From the human T2T-CHM13v2.0 reference genome, Homo sapiens: 64,000 nt of DNA. Below the pieces are notes generated by a model, which did not search any database, was not told the DNA's origin, and was given only the letters and a program-made list of their open reading frames with translations. The position numbers and the translations under genes were made by a program. Below are positions 25,025-38,647 of the stretch, piece by piece; the stretch's first letter is position 1; each line of letters starts with the position of its first letter. The stretch is from NCBI RefSeq assembly GCF_009914755.1, contig NC_060925.1. One strand, 5' to 3'.

Positions 25025-25170
25025 TTTAATAAATATTTACGTAGCACATTTTATGTGTAAGCCCTATTTTATGTTCCTTAGTAATAACAACTTATTTAGT
25101 CTTCATATCACCACTATGATTTAGATCTTACTATGATCATCCCTACTTTGAAGAGAGGAAAACTGAGAAA
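25025..25170 (-). mobile_element. MIR relic
   Basis: atatttacgtagcac...ttatttagtcttcatatcaccactatga...catccctactttgaagagaggaaaactgag (MIR core, antisense). Confidence 0.65.
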
Positions 25171-25407
25171 ATAAGTATGTGATTTTGCTGCCAATTTGAA
25201 TAGTACAACAGGTCTTTAGATGCTTATGGTATTGACCCAGTGTCTGTGTGTTCATTCTCAATGCTACAGTTTGTCTTCACACACCACAGCTTAAACAAAA
25301 CAGACAGAATTTAATGAGATAGTCTTAAGTTCATAAAGTGTGCAAATTTAAAATAACTTCCTCAACAGTCATAAAGTAGCTAAGCAAAAATCAAAATAGG
25401 AAATATA

Positions 25408-25727
<320 letters not shown>

Positions 25728-27299
25728 TAAAACATTTAAAAAATTACGATTAACATGTACTGTTTGTATCCAACCTTCCCACCAAAAATAATGTGCTCTT
25801 TTCAAACACACATGACACAGTGATTGACACATAATTACCATTAATAAAAGATCTGACAATCTACACAAATTCAAAGGGTTGGCATTGTATGGGTCATTAT
25901 CAGTGACCAAAAGCTAATAAAAATAGAAAAAAAAAATCCACATACCAGAAAACGTAAGTTTTACATCTGCTTCTAAACTGCTATTTATTGGAATAAATCA
26001 AAATCGAAATTATAGGATATTATTGACTAAACAAGGGAGTTTACATTCATCAAAAAGTGGAATGTGGCCAGAATACTTTTCATGTTTAATAATCAAGAAA
26101 GATTGAAAATAAAACATTAAACTTTCAATGTAAGAAGATAAAAATGTATGACAAAATAAATCTTAAAAATGTAAAATAAAAGCATAATGTTTAAAAATCA
26201 TTTGCTAAAACATAATTGTAGTCAGACATTCATGAATCGACAACTATATATAACATATACATGCAAGTAAGTTTTTTTTAAAGTAAGAACGTGTTTTCTA
26301 ATTTTTGTTCAATAATTTCAGGACTGTCTTACAGAAAAATTTTCATATATTAATTTATCGATAGTTTGGGTAGACCCAATTCCTTTCATATTCATCAGCT
26401 TTCTCTCACTTTATGTAATTGAGTACATAATAATTAAGAAAAAAGTTTTAGAATTTAGCACATTTTGGAAAGATACATTTTAGAGATAGGGATAATAATT
26501 ACAATTTAAATTTGTATATATATGTAATATACATAAACATATATATAATCTAAAGGTTTTTTAAAAGCAGAATTTTGAATCAACAAAATTACTTTCTTCG
26601 GGAGCATGTAGTTAACTTTCCTAAGAAGTTCCTTTTTATTAGGCAATTTTATATGTATTTTCATAAATGTAATATATTAATAAAAGTAGTTCAAAATTAA
26701 AACAATTTGAAAAATGTTGATAAAAATAGGAAAAATTATTTACTGAATACATGAATGGAAAATGATACTGTGAATTAGTTAATACTTAAATGTATAAATG
26801 TATTCTACTATATATGCTTCAGGTGTAAGTTTTATAAATATTAAACTATTGTATTGTAATCTCTTTGTTAAAACACGTTTTTCTTTGCTTTTTGTGTATA
26901 TAGGAGTCAGAGAGGGTTTACATTGACTAGAACAAAGCAGTTGACATTTCACATTAAGATCAAATTTGTCATGCAATTTAAAGCTTTTCCATCTCATTAA
27001 CATGGTAGTCAAAGAAATAGTCTCGTCTTTATAAGATGACCTAAGTTGGATTTTTCTCCCATACTCAAATATATACCTATTTTGCAGAAAGGAAGGGAAA
27101 ATAAATATGAACTCAAAGGGAAGAAACATGCTTGCCTAGAGAACCTAAATACAATTTGTCTTTCACTACCCACTCTTCCCTCCTTTAAAATAGAGTCTCT
27201 GACTATTAATGTTGCATACAGCCAAAAAAATACACATTAAAAAAAAATCACAAAAATAACAAAACTCCTACAATTTCCAATCCTTTCTACCTGAGAAGG

Positions 27300-27507
27300 C
27301 CACGTGCCCAAGTTCGAAAACTGGAAGAGCCTCAGGATAGATAGAAGGAGTCCAGGTCCCTGAGAATCAAGGCACCACCATAAATATTAGCCACTTTACT
27401 TTCTGACTTTGTATAGATGAAAAAGAAATTGCTATGCTGTTCATATCTGTGAATTTTGCTTTGTTTTGTTTTGTCTTTATAGATAAATATAATCCCAAGT
27501 AGTATAA
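27300..27507 (+). mobile_element. MLT1J/K-like MaLR LTR 3' fragment
   Basis: gaaggagtccaggtccctgag...ttctgactttgtatagatgaaaaagaaatt...taatcccaagtagtata. Confidence 0.55.
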
Positions 27508-28599
27508 GAATATTTAAATGATTATATCTGTCTCCATTAAATTTAAAATTGTTGATACAAAATTAGTTTTTTTCTCTCTTACCTAGTATATGGGGCATGT
27601 AAGGAAGATCAGTGAGTTGAGACAAAATACAGAAAGAAGTGCTTTTGCATATATTTATTTATAGTTAATATGAGGCTATAGAGAGCAAGGCTTTTTAAAA
27701 TCTTTCTGTTCTTACATGCATGATCTGTGTAATTTGAGGTCACTTGCTGAAAAGTTGCAAACTACCATTTGTATTATAATAGGAATCAAAGACCCACCAA
27801 AAAGATAGAAAATGTGTTTTAAAATAAACATCCCTGATGTATTTGTTTATAGCTAAATTCCCATGAGCATGTAGTTTCTATTTCTTTCTCCCTAATATAT
27901 AGATCAAGCTTGAGATTTTTTATTGTCTCCAGGAAATATATTGTGACAAATAAACTACAGCGGTTTATTTCTTTTCAAATCTTAGTACTGTCCTTCACCT
28001 TCTATGTTCTTTGAAAGTTTGTCTCTCAATTAATCTATTTTATGGCACCTTAGGGCCCTACGGGAGTCTTCCACTGTCTTATTTATCTTCTCTATGGAGG
28101 ATTATTTTAAAGCCTAACTGTTTAATAGTGACTAAATATAGTAGAGTGCATGTATTAAGACACATTAAATACACTTCTAGTTATTTTGGTGTATAGGCTG
28201 AAAATATTACTGTACATTTGATATGTTGTGTTATGATGTCTGTAAGTCTTTTTAGATTATTCATTAAAATATTATTTTTAAACCATGGCATACTGTGTGA
28301 AATATATTTTGTTAAATGCCAGCATTTCAAAGTCTATTAAAATTGCTTCTTCTTAAAGATGATCAAATATGAAGGTAAGGAGACATTTAAATGGAAAATT
28401 GTAATAAATATTCTTTGATAAGTACTCTAATATATCTATCACTAGGTGATATTACCTCTTTAAAATGGACATAGAATCTCAAAAAAGAGGTGGATAGGAC
28501 AAGCTTTTTTTGTGACTGGTACAACTTTAAATTAAATCCATAAGAGTAGAGTTTAACAACAGCAAGAAGTTTCAGAAGGCTATTGTATCAGAGAAGATG

Positions 28600-29040
28600 C
28601 ATGCTAATAAGCCAGAAGATTGAGAAATTATAAAACATTTTGAGAACTTTTTTAAATCTCAGTGTGCAGTTGAATAAGACATGATGAGAAGAAAAAATAA
28701 ATCAAGTACCACATTTTGAATTGATATTTTTATTTAAGAAGTGTGAATTTTTATTCCAATAACTACTTGGGAAGGAAAAATTATATGGTAACATTTCATT
28801 TGGAAATATTACTCTGGAAACATTGGAAGAATGGTGAGGGACCAGCAATACAATGAGGGTTATAATGAGAATCCTAGTTAAATAAGTGTTGGCAGGAAAG
28901 TCATGGATGATATAAAAAAATCCAAAGATCGTGTAACATATATAACACTGTGATTGACTGCATATAGGAATAATATCAAAAGCAGTTTTTCAGCTTGAGT
29001 AATTTTGTAAGGAAGTACGCTGCATACTGAAGAAGACATA
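28600..29040 (-). mobile_element. L2 relic
   Basis: gaattttattcc...ggaaatattactctggaaacattggaagaatgg...gattgactgcatatagg...tttttcagcttgagtaa resembles antisense L2. Confidence 0.45.
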
Positions 29041-29049
29041 ATTGTGGCT

Positions 29050-29531
29050 CTCTAGGTCGCAGAGATGCTTTGCTAGTAGATCTTGTTAAAAAATATGTCC
29101 TCCAGTATGCATGGCACTGGAGGCACTATAAAACTACCTGGGGGGTTGTCAAGGGAAGCCACAAGTCCCCAGATAATGCTAATTATGATGTATTGCAAGC
29201 CCTGGGTATGGAAGAATCTCTTTCTGTTCAGCGGGAGCTAGGTGGTGGAGAAACACCTGCACTGAAGAATCTAGGCACTATAGAATTTACTCCTGCTGAA
29301 AGAGCCTAATGCTCTGTTTGTGCTGTGGGAATCTGTCAAGGGAGCACATTTGAACCGAAAAGAAAATTCCTTTTCCCTGCAATAATTTTTTTCCCAGAAT
29401 CCTCTACCGACAAAACTTAACCTTATGCCAACAGGCAGAAGAAAAGTTTTATATCATTTAGATTCATTTATACAGAGCAAACAAAGGAAGGTAAATTTGG
29501 AACTAGGAAACAATAAATTGATGACTGGCAT
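29050..29531 (-). mobile_element. ERVL solo LTR (LTR41/LTR33-like)
   Basis: Terminal cctctaccgacaaaacttaaccttatgccaacaggcagaagaaaa...ggaaggtaaatttggaactaggaaacaataaattgatgactggca. Confidence 0.6.
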
Positions 29532-29544
29532 GCCAGTCAATGGA

Positions 29545-30075
29545 ATTCAACAATTCCACTTCCAGGTATTTATTTAAGATAAATAAAAATATAAATCCAT
29601 AAAACTTATACATAATTGTTAACAGCAGATTTATGTAACAAAAAACTGATAACAATCCAGGGAGCTTCAACAGGTGAATGAATAAGTAAATTGAGGTATC
29701 TGAATACAATGTAATACTACTTGGCAACAAAACAGAACAAACCATTTATACCTGAAACAATATGAATGACTTTTAAAGTATTATGGTGAAGGATTGAAGT
29801 CAGACATAAAAGAGTTCTTATTGTATTTTTAAAATTTACATGAAGATCTTGAAGAGGCAAAATGGATCTATAGAGATAGAAAGGATGATGATTGTCCAAG
29901 GCAAGTGGCGAGTGAACTGATGGCAAAGGGAAATTAAGGAGCCTCCTGGGGTGATTAAGATATTCTGTATCTTAATTTGGTTGCTGGTTATGAGTGTGTA
30001 AGTTTGTCAAAATTTTCAAACTATACACTTAAAAAGTATGAATTTCATTCTATGTAAACTATGCCTAATTTAAGA
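29545..30075 (+). mobile_element. L1ME-type 3' end
   Basis: aacaattccacttccaggtattt...ggtgaatgaataagtaaattg...ctatacacttaaaaagtatgaatttcattctatgtaaactatgcc. Confidence 0.7.
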
Positions 30076-30676
30076 ATATCTAAAGTAAATAATGATATTC
30101 TATTAATTTTAATGACCTTGAGGTTTTATCCATGTATCACTAGAATATGAATTTTGTAGACATAAAGATGTTTTTGCATATTAACTTTACACCAAAATTA
30201 TCATTCAAAAAGTCATAGGTTTGTTTTTCATGTAGACATTAAATGTCTTTAATTAAAGACATTAAAGACTAAAAAAAAATACAACATCGTGATGCATTTT
30301 ATATAATTAGGTATAGATAGTATAAAAAATTGGTTTACCTCAGCAATATGATTCAACATTGTGATATCTCTTGAAATAATACAATGGATGAGTAAATTCA
30401 AAATATTTGATAATTTTAATAGAAACAAGAACATAACTTCTAAATTTTGACATCCACCTCTGATTAATAACTCTTATGAGACTGTTTGAAGGGATACAAG
30501 AATGGCTTCTGTTACTGACGATAATTAATATTCTTCTAAATGATTTAGCCCATCAATTATAAGTGAAATATTTTTGGCTGAAAGTAAAAGAAAATTGCAA
30601 ATCAAATGCTTTAAACTCTATTGAATGTCATTCTTTCAGAAATAAGGCGCTTTGAATAATTCACTCAGCTACTTAA

Positions 30677-31001
<325 letters not shown>

Positions 31002-31034
31002 TAATCCTTTTAATTAATAAATTAATTTTTTTAC

Positions 31035-31350
31035 TCTGCCTTCTTCAGAATGTCATCTTTGTTCTTTGCTCTCAGGTACGGTCACCCCATGGCTACAACA
31101 TGCATGCAACAGTTCTAGGAATCATCAACAAATACACCCATATTTAAGGTAGTTGATGTTTCGTTAGCAGTGAAAAATTAATCTTCCAGAAGCTCCAAGT
31201 ATAGCACTCATTAGGTGTCATTAATTGCCCATATTTAAGTCATTTACTGCAAGGAAAAGGGGAACACTATGATTTGCTTAGAGCAATCTGAATATGTTTG
31301 TAGAGCTTGAATAAAGGATGATCTTAGAGTTGCAAGTTGTGTTTCTGTTA
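31035..31350 (-). mobile_element. Old MLT1 LTR relic
   Basis: catggctacaacatgcatgcaacagttctagg...ttccagaagctcc...actatgatttgcttagagcaatc. Confidence 0.45.
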
Positions 31351-31366
31351 GCAACAATGAAGTGTC

Positions 31367-31668
31367 AGCCAGGCATGGTGGCTCAAGTCTGCAATTCTAG
31401 CGCTTTGGGAAGCCAAGACAGGAGAATTGCTTGAGGTCAGGAGTTTAAGACCAGCCTGGGAAATATAGTGAGACCTCGACGCTACCAAAAATTTAAAAAA
31501 TTAGCTGAGTGTGGTGGTACCTACCTATAGTCCCAGCTACTCCGGTGTCTGAGGAGGGATGACTTCTTAAGACCACCAGGTCAAGATTGGAGCTATCTGT
31601 AATCATGCCACTACATCTAGCATGGTTGACAGAGCAAGACCCTGTATTAAAGTAAGTAAATAAATAAA
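31367..31668 (+). mobile_element. AluJo-type SINE
   Basis: agccaggcatggtggctc...gagaattgcttgaggtcaggagtt...gcaagaccctg plus A-rich tail. TSD aacaatgaagtgt / aaagatgaagtgt. Confidence 0.9.
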
Positions 31669-31739
31669 AAAGATGAAGTGTGAGATAGATGATTAGATTA
31701 GCATGCCACACTGATGTAATAGAATGCAATGAAGGAAGA

Positions 31740-33050
31740 AAAAAACACATGGGAAATTAATATATAATTAAGTAAATGTCATCTAAAGAATTTAATATAA
31801 TCAACTAATAACAGTAAAACTAAAAAGGAACCCAAAGCTCTCTCAATACAAGATAAACACACTAATTATTCCCATAAATACAAACAATAACAATCAATAA
31901 GATAAATATAAATTCCAAAAATAAACTTATGAATAAGTTCCCAAATCTAAAATTGAGAAAATTAATAAACTTCAAAAATGAAAATCATAAAATAACATTA
32001 CAATAAATAATATCATTTTTCTAATTAGAAGGACTTCATACTGCAACATTTTGACTTATAAATTCAATGTAATCACAACAAATAGGAAAGAAATATTTTA
32101 TTTGACTTAGGAAAGTTATTCTACTGTTTATCTCAAAATGTAAAGGAGAATTCATGTTGCTTTATTAATAAAATTATTTAGCATAAAATAATATTGAGAT
32201 TAGAAACCTGCTGGGCATGGTGGCTCACATGTGTAATCCCAGCACTTTGGGAGGCTGAGGTGAGCAGATAGCTTGAAGCCAGGAGCTCAAGACTAGCCTG
32301 GGCAACATGGCAAAACCCCGTCTCTACTAAATATACAAAAATTAGCCAGTCATGGTGGTGGGCACCTATAATCCCAGCTACTCTGGAGGCTGAGGCAAGA
32401 TTGCTTAAACCTGGCAGAGTTTGCAATTAGCTGAGATGGCACCACTGCGCTCCAGCCTGGGTGACAGAGTGAGACACTGTATGAAAAAAAAAAAAAAAGA
32501 GAGAGAGGTGAGAAATCATCTCAGCAATGGGAGCAGTTAATAGCAGTTAATATATAACACATTAAATTAGTAAAAAAAGATAAACATTTAGTATGTAATA
32601 TTGGGGTAACTGACCTTTATTTATCAAATGAACAAAGAACAAAGATTTTTACTGCATACTCCATGCAAAAGAGAATAGATAAAATAGAACATAACTTGAA
32701 AATTATAGAATACAAAAAATTAATGTGGTCAAATATCACTTATTTAGGAATCTAAAAAGGTTTCCTAGGAGAGGTACATATCCTAGAAGCAATAAAAGAA
32801 AATAAAATGTGGATGTATTTTTCTATACGTTCAGTATTTTAAACTTAGCTACCAAAAAATCACCAAAAGCAAATGTTTAAAAAGAAAAGGAATAGATGAG
32901 GAAAAATATTTGTCATATGTACAGTAATAACTGGCTTTCACCAATCAATGAGAAAAGGATAATGATCCCAATTTAAAAATGAACATATGATAAAAATAGA
33001 CAATTCACAGAAATAGGCACAAATTGTCAAATAAAAGAAGAGATACTACA
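31740..33050 (+). mobile_element. Old L1ME-type ORF2 relic interrupted by an Alu
   Basis: tataaattcaatgtaatcacaac...gacttaggaaagttattcta; gaggaaaaatatttgtcatatgt...tagacaattcacagaa. Confidence 0.55.
32209..32498 (+). mobile_element. AluJb/AluSz-type SINE
   Basis: gctgggcatggtggctcac...ctccagcctgggtgacagagtgagac plus A-tail. Degenerate TSD gagattagaaac / gaggtgagaaat. Confidence 0.9.
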
Positions 33051-33054
33051 GCCT

Positions 33055-33239
33055 AGAGGTTACCAAAGTTTTTTCGTGTGTGTATGAAGATCCACACAGT
33101 AAATTTTAGTCTTTGCTAGCCAGGCGTCTCTATTGGAACCACTTAATGCTTCCATTGCAGCTTGAAAACTGCCACAGACTTGGTTCCATTTCAATTAAAC
33201 TTCCCAATTTGGCCAAGTTGCAGAATTTGCCAACCACTA
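33055..33239 (+). mobile_element. MER58A hAT-Charlie MITE
   Basis: agaggttaccaaagtttttt...cagtaaattttagtctttgc...ccacagac...atttggcc...gaatttgccaaccact. Confidence 0.65.
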
Positions 33240-34102
33240 TTTTAGCCCAATAGCAATCTTGGAAATACAATGTTTTTAAAGGAGCTTAACCGTCAGATTA
33301 AAACATGGGTCACAAATTTTAATTTTTTTCATTATTAAAATATGTCTTCTTTATGATAAGAAAAAGTATCAATTAGAAGTCATTTAAAAGTTCTTTTGTG
33401 GAAAAAAACAGGCAAAGAACATAGAAAGATGAAAATGTATTAAAACTATGGGAATAATTTTTAATTTAACAGAATTTAACCAGTTTATTAAACATATTTG
33501 GCTATTTTACTGCCGTTTTTAATAAACTCCTTAACACTGTTCACTCTTAAATGGTCTATTTTAAGTATATAAATACACATGTAGAAATAAGATAATTATA
33601 ACAATAAAGTAGAAAAATGCAAAAGTATCACAAGACAGTTTTACTCTCATTTCTTCAAGAAACCTCAGGGGACTTACAAGATAGGTTGCTTAATAAATTT
33701 AAATGATTAAAGGGATTATGTTTAAAATGGTTACAGACTTTTTAAGAATTATATATTAAAACATAGTAGAAATATTTTTTATGGAATATGAGCTTGACTT
33801 GTATAAATTGGGGAAATAGAGGAAGGGAGTATTGTATTTTTTGAATTATGGATTGTAGTGGCATTTTTAATACTTAATGGAAGGACAATAGGCTACATTG
33901 TATTGCTTGTCACTACATAGATGTACCAGACATTCCGATGAGATTAAGAAAGGCAAAGCGTCGTGACACTGGCTAACTTTCTGCTGCTGTGACTAATGCT
34001 TCAATTTGCCTGCAAAAGCTGTCAGTAGCTTCCAGTGGGTCCAGACATTGGTGGTGTCCCCATGTTCTGACATCTAGACTGTGTATACAGTGTGATGTGT
34101 GT

Positions 34103-34895
34103 ATTTTATTTTATTTTAACTTCTGGAATACTTGTGCAGGACATGCAGGTTTGCGACATAGGTAAATGTGTGCCATGAGGTTTTGCTGCACTGATCACCT
34201 CATCATGTAGATATTAATCCCGGTATCCATTAGCTATTCTTCCTGATGCTCTACTCTTCCCACAACCTCTCCGCAGGCTCTGTTGTGTTTTCCTCGCCAT
34301 ATGTCCATGTGTTCTCATTGTTCAGCTCCCACTTATAAGTGAGAACATATGGTGTTTGGTTTTCTGTTCCTTTGTTACTTTGCTGAGGATAACAGCTTCC
34401 AACTCCATCCATGTCCCTGCAAAGAACATGACCTCATTCCTTTTTATGGCTGCATAGTATTTCATGGTGTATGTGTACAACATTTTCTTTATCCAGTCTA
34501 TCATTGATGGGAATTTGGCTTGACTCTATGTCTTTGCTATTGTGAATAGTGCTGTAATGAACATAAGCATGCATGTATCTTTATAATAGAATGATTTATA
34601 TTCCTTTGGGTATATACCCAGTAACAGGATTGCTGGGTCAAATGGTATTTCTGGTTCTAGATCTTTGAGGAATCACCACACTGTCTTCCACAATGGTTGA
34701 GCTAATTTACATTCCCACCAACAGTGTAAAAGCATTCCTATTTTTCTGCAGCCTCGCCAGCATCTGTTGTTTCTTGACTTTTTAATAATTGCCATTCTGA
34801 CTGGCATGTGATGGTATCTCATTGTGGTTTTGATTTGCTGTTCTCTGACGATCAGTGATGTTGAGCTTTGTTTTAATATATATTTGTTGGTCACA
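34103..34895 (-). mobile_element. 5'-truncated L1PA (~L1PA8-13) 3' end
   Basis: ORFs 34322-34504 and 34673-34894 are L1 ORF2 C-terminal peptides (CWRGCRKIGMLLHCWWECKL). (ATTTT)n tail. Confidence 0.92.
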
Positions 34896-35168
34896 TTTTT
34901 TAATGTGGCATTTTAATACCACAATGTGTTGCTTAGAGCAATGTCATAACTGAATCTTCAATAGGCAATTCCACCTATGCAAAAGTCTATTTACTTCAGT
35001 ATGGCAGGGTACAGGAAACACAATTAAGTCTTATTGTTATAACTTGAAAGACACAAACTTTTAAATTCCACAAAGGGATTATTATTCTAATCACATAACT
35101 AGTCCTGTATCTATTAAAATTTAATCAAAAATCTAAAACCTCAAACAGGCCTATATGGTTTTACTGGT

Positions 35169-35234
35169 AAATATTTGAGAAGAAAATACTCCAAATATTT
35201 AAGAAGAAAATACTCCAAATATTTAAGAAGAAAA
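35169..35234. repeat. 24-bp tandem repeat, ~2.75 copies (AAATATTTRAGAAGAAAATACTCC)
   Basis: Copies at 35169-35192, 35193-35216 and 35217-35234, inside an L1 ORF2 relic (ggcctatatggttttactggt...). Confidence 0.9.
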
Positions 35235-35844
35235 CAGACATTCCTTCTAGTAAGTAGAATCAGAAGGGATTACTGGCTTTTAATGGGCTGAAGAAAACTC
35301 TGCTTTTAACAGGATGATATGATTAGCTGGTGCCTATCTGGAAAATATTCCTTTTGATAATAACAAAGTCGATGTATTAGTAATTTTAATCATATCTACA
35401 AATTATCTCATCATGTAATATAATATTTTTATATATATAATATCTCATTATATTTACCATTCTAGGAACTATAACAAACCTTGGAGTATATATTTTGAAA
35501 TTGTGCCTACCATATTCACTAACATACTTGTAACCATATAGTGATAGCTATTCTTTAATACTTCATTTCCTGTAAGTCCAGACATCTTGTCTACATCTTA
35601 GCTGAAACAAAATGAAAATGAATGCTGAAAATGTTCATGGTAGCCAAGTTGACCACTTTTAACAAACTTTGATGAATGACTTTGCTTACATCTCATTACA
35701 GATTTTTGACACACATTCAAGCATGGAGGCTGAGGTGTTTCTAAGAATGAGTGTTTTTTAATTGAGCAAATTGTTACTCACTCTTTCTATTGCTCTAGCT
35801 GGTATTCTAGAACTAAGAAAGAAGAGGATACTGTGCAGATAGTG

Positions 35845-36489
35845 TATGGTCCCTCAGTATCCATGGGGGACTGATTCTAGGACACCTCATAGGATACCAA
35901 ACTCCAAGCATGCTCAAGTCCCTTATATAAATGTAGTATTTGCATATAACCTATGCACCTCCATATGCACATTCCATATACGTCTTTTTTTTTTTTTTTT
36001 GAGAGATGGACTGTTATTGTCTGCCAGGCTGAAGTACAGTGGCATGATCAGGTTCACTGCAGTCTCAATCTTTCAGGCTCAAGTGATCCTCCCACCTCAG
36101 CCTATTGAGTAGCTGGGACTACAGGTGCATGCCACTATGTCTGGCTAATTTTTTAATTTTTTGTAATGATGGGGTCTCACTATGTTGTCCAGGATGATGT
36201 CAAACTCCCAGACTTAAGCAATCTTCCTGCATTGGCTTTCTCAAGTACTAGGATTATAGGCATGACATAGTGCACTGGCCCATATACAATACTTTAAATA
36301 ATCTCTAGATTATTTCTAATACCTGATTCAATACCCAAACATTAGTTCATTCCTGTGGATTCAATATAGTACTCAGCAAATTCAAGTTTTGCTTTTTTGG
36401 AACTCTGTAGACTCTTTTCCCAACTATATTCCATCCAAGGTTGGTTGAATCCCACAGATGAGGAACCCACAGATACGGAGAGCTGACTG
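35845..36489 (+). mobile_element. MER2B Tigger-derived MITE interrupted by an AluJ
   Basis: ggtccctcagtatccatggggg...gctcaagtcccttatataaa...atttgcatataacctatgcac | actttaaataatctctagatta...gcaaattcaagttttgc...cccacagatacggagagctgactg followed by TA. Confidence 0.88.
35984..36278 (-). mobile_element. AluJo-type SINE inside MER2B
   Basis: T-tract then gagagatgg...ggctcaagtgatcctcccacctcagcc...; TSD ccatatac on both sides. Confidence 0.88.
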
Positions 36490-36874
36490 TATATCTACAC
36501 ACGAAGTTTCCAATTATTACATCTCATAATATGTGTTCTCCATATTTCCTAGTCTTAATTTATGTTTGTTGAAAAATAATTTTGTTTAATCTCAAAATAG
36601 AATAACATTAATGATTCAATAGGATTTAGAATTTTTGTTGAACTTGGAGACATACACGAAGTAACATGAAACTTTTTTAATGACTAATTTGTCCCCATTC
36701 TCTCTTTCAAGACATCTGTTATTTGCATATTATTATTAAGCTTGAATATTTTCTAATGGGAAATGAGGTGGTGTAACTTTAGAAAGTATTTTTCTTTAAA
36801 CAATCTCCAAGCTAAATGAATGTTATATTGTTTAGTAATGGCAACAGTGGCGGTGAAAATGATACTAACCTTAC

Positions 36875-37050
36875 TAATAATAACTTTTAACAGTTAGTAC
36901 TTACCAAACATAGACAACATTCTCAATACTTTATACAAAGGAACTAAATCAGTTTTAACATTAAGCCAATTATCTGAGTACTCTTATTATCCTCATTTTA
37001 CATGCAAAGAAATTAAGGAACATAGATGTTAGGTAAGTTATCCAGATGTT
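36875..37050 (-). mobile_element. MIR relic
   Basis: ttattatcctcattttacatgcaaagaaattaagg...gttaggtaagttatcca. Confidence 0.65.
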
Positions 37051-37163
37051 TTGGTATGTGGGTTTAGTCCACAGCTAATGGAATTAAATTCTGTGGTAAA
37101 ATAAGCATACTTCCCATCAATTTGAGTAATGTATTATATTCTAGATGGTGATAATATTCTAGA

Positions 37164-37283
37164 TAGTCACTCCTTTCCCCCCTCCTCCATCTCCTGACAA
37201 CCACTAATGAACTTTCTACCTGTATGGATTTACCTATTCTGGACATTTCATATAAACAAAATCATACAGTATGTAGCCTTTTC
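37164..37283 (-). mobile_element. Short internal L1MB 3'UTR fragment
   Basis: cctgacaaccactaat...atggatttacctattctggacatttcatataaa...atcatacagtatgtagcctttt. Confidence 0.75.
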
Positions 37284-37924
37284 CATCTTTTTCAGATAGT
37301 TTGTTGCATGAGCTTTATATATTCAATGTAGGCCCTTAATTAGAAATTTCTGGTCACATCCTATGCATAAATAGATTTATATTTTATATTATATTCACAT
37401 TCAAACCAGCAGATGTGATTTTCAAGTCGATGATTTCATGCAAAGTGGTTTCTGATTGTGCTACATATGGTATGGGTGCATTAATATAATGAGTAACTTC
37501 TGGAATAATGATGCAAATTTCCCACAAAATATACATCTTATAGACATATAAATCAAGATGTTCACATATGAAAAGCATGACATTTCAAGGCATTTTTAGA
37601 TTCTAACAAAGAAATTTAATAAAATTGTGTATGTTCAGAGAAAACACATTAGAAGAATCTTTTAATATATTTTTAATTCCAGTGGTGATTGTATCATAAT
37701 GTCTGGGATTTCAAATAGTAGCTGACTCAAGGCATTTGCATTTAATGTTTCCTCCAGACTTTTAGATAAGTACATCATCATAAGCACACTTATACATCAT
37801 ACCTGTAGGTACAGGTTAGTCCATCAAAAATAATTGTAACCACTACGCATAATTTGAAAAAAATCACTTGAATAATTTCATGACTCATGCTATCCAAACA
37901 ACAGTTAACTTGACAAGGGATTCA

Positions 37925-38280
37925 TGTCTTAGTCTATTTGTGCAGCTATAACAGAAGATTGCACCTAAGATTGCGTAATTCATAAAGGACAGAAAATTCC
38001 CACAGCTCCAGAAGCTGGGAAGTTCAAGATCAAGGCACAAGCAGGTTTGGTTATCTGGTGAGGGCTGCATCCTCTGAGGGAAGGACACTGTGTTCTCACA
38101 TGGCAGAAGGTGGAAGGGCAAGAGAGCCAAATGCCACCTGAAGCTTCCTTTGGAAGACCCTTCATCCCCTTCCTGAGGGAGAAGACCTTATGACCTACTC
38201 ACCTCTTAAAGCTCTCAGCTCTTAAAACAATCACAGTGACAACACCTGAATTTTGTAGGAGACACATTTAAACCATAGTA
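37925..38280 (-). mobile_element. MST (MSTB/C-like) MaLR solo LTR with 5-bp TSD ATTCA
   Basis: tgtcttagtctatttgtgcagctataac...gctgggaagttcaagatcaaggc...acacatttaaaccatagta. ATTCA at 37920-37924 and 38281-38285. Confidence 0.9.
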
Positions 38281-38289
38281 ATTCACAGG

Positions 38290-38470
38290 TGTATTCGGCA
38301 AGGTCCAATTGGAAAGAAAGAACAATGCTAGGTATTCCAAAAAGAATTAATTATAACACAGATAATTGATTACACTATTACTGGATGGCTGAAAGAACAA
38401 AAAGGATTGCTGAGATGAAGCAGTCATGAATAACCATAGAAGCAGGCAGTTACCACACCTATGTCAAGGA
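38290..38470. mobile_element. Probable old ERVL LTR fragment
   Basis: tgtattcggcaaggtccaattggaaagaaagaacaatgctaggtatt... resembles an ERVL LTR terminus; it is not resumed after the Alu. Confidence 0.35.
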
Positions 38471-38491
38471 AAAGAAAAAACAAAGTAGAAG

Positions 38492-38647
38492 GGCTGGGCA
38501 CAGTGGCTCATGCCTGTAACCTAGCACTTTGGGAGGCCAAGGCAGGAGGATTGCTTGAGTATAGGAGTTGGAGACCAGCCTGGGCAACATAGCAAGAACT
38601 CATTTCTACTAAAAATACAAAAAAAAAAGCCGGCTGTGATGGTGCAC
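38492..38647 (+). mobile_element. 3'-truncated AluJ (left arm, linker and ~20 bp of right arm)
   Basis: ggctgggcacagtggctc...ctactaaaaatacaaaaaaaaaagccggctgtgatggtgcac, then an abrupt end with no tail or TSD. Confidence 0.85.

Noticed and set aside
26779-27129. 116-aa ORF in unique AT-rich sequence
   Set aside because: No recognisable domain or coding-like composition; expected by chance.
35169-35234. Repeat array resembling CRISPR
   Set aside because: Head-to-tail tandem units without spacers, eukaryotic context and no cas genes.
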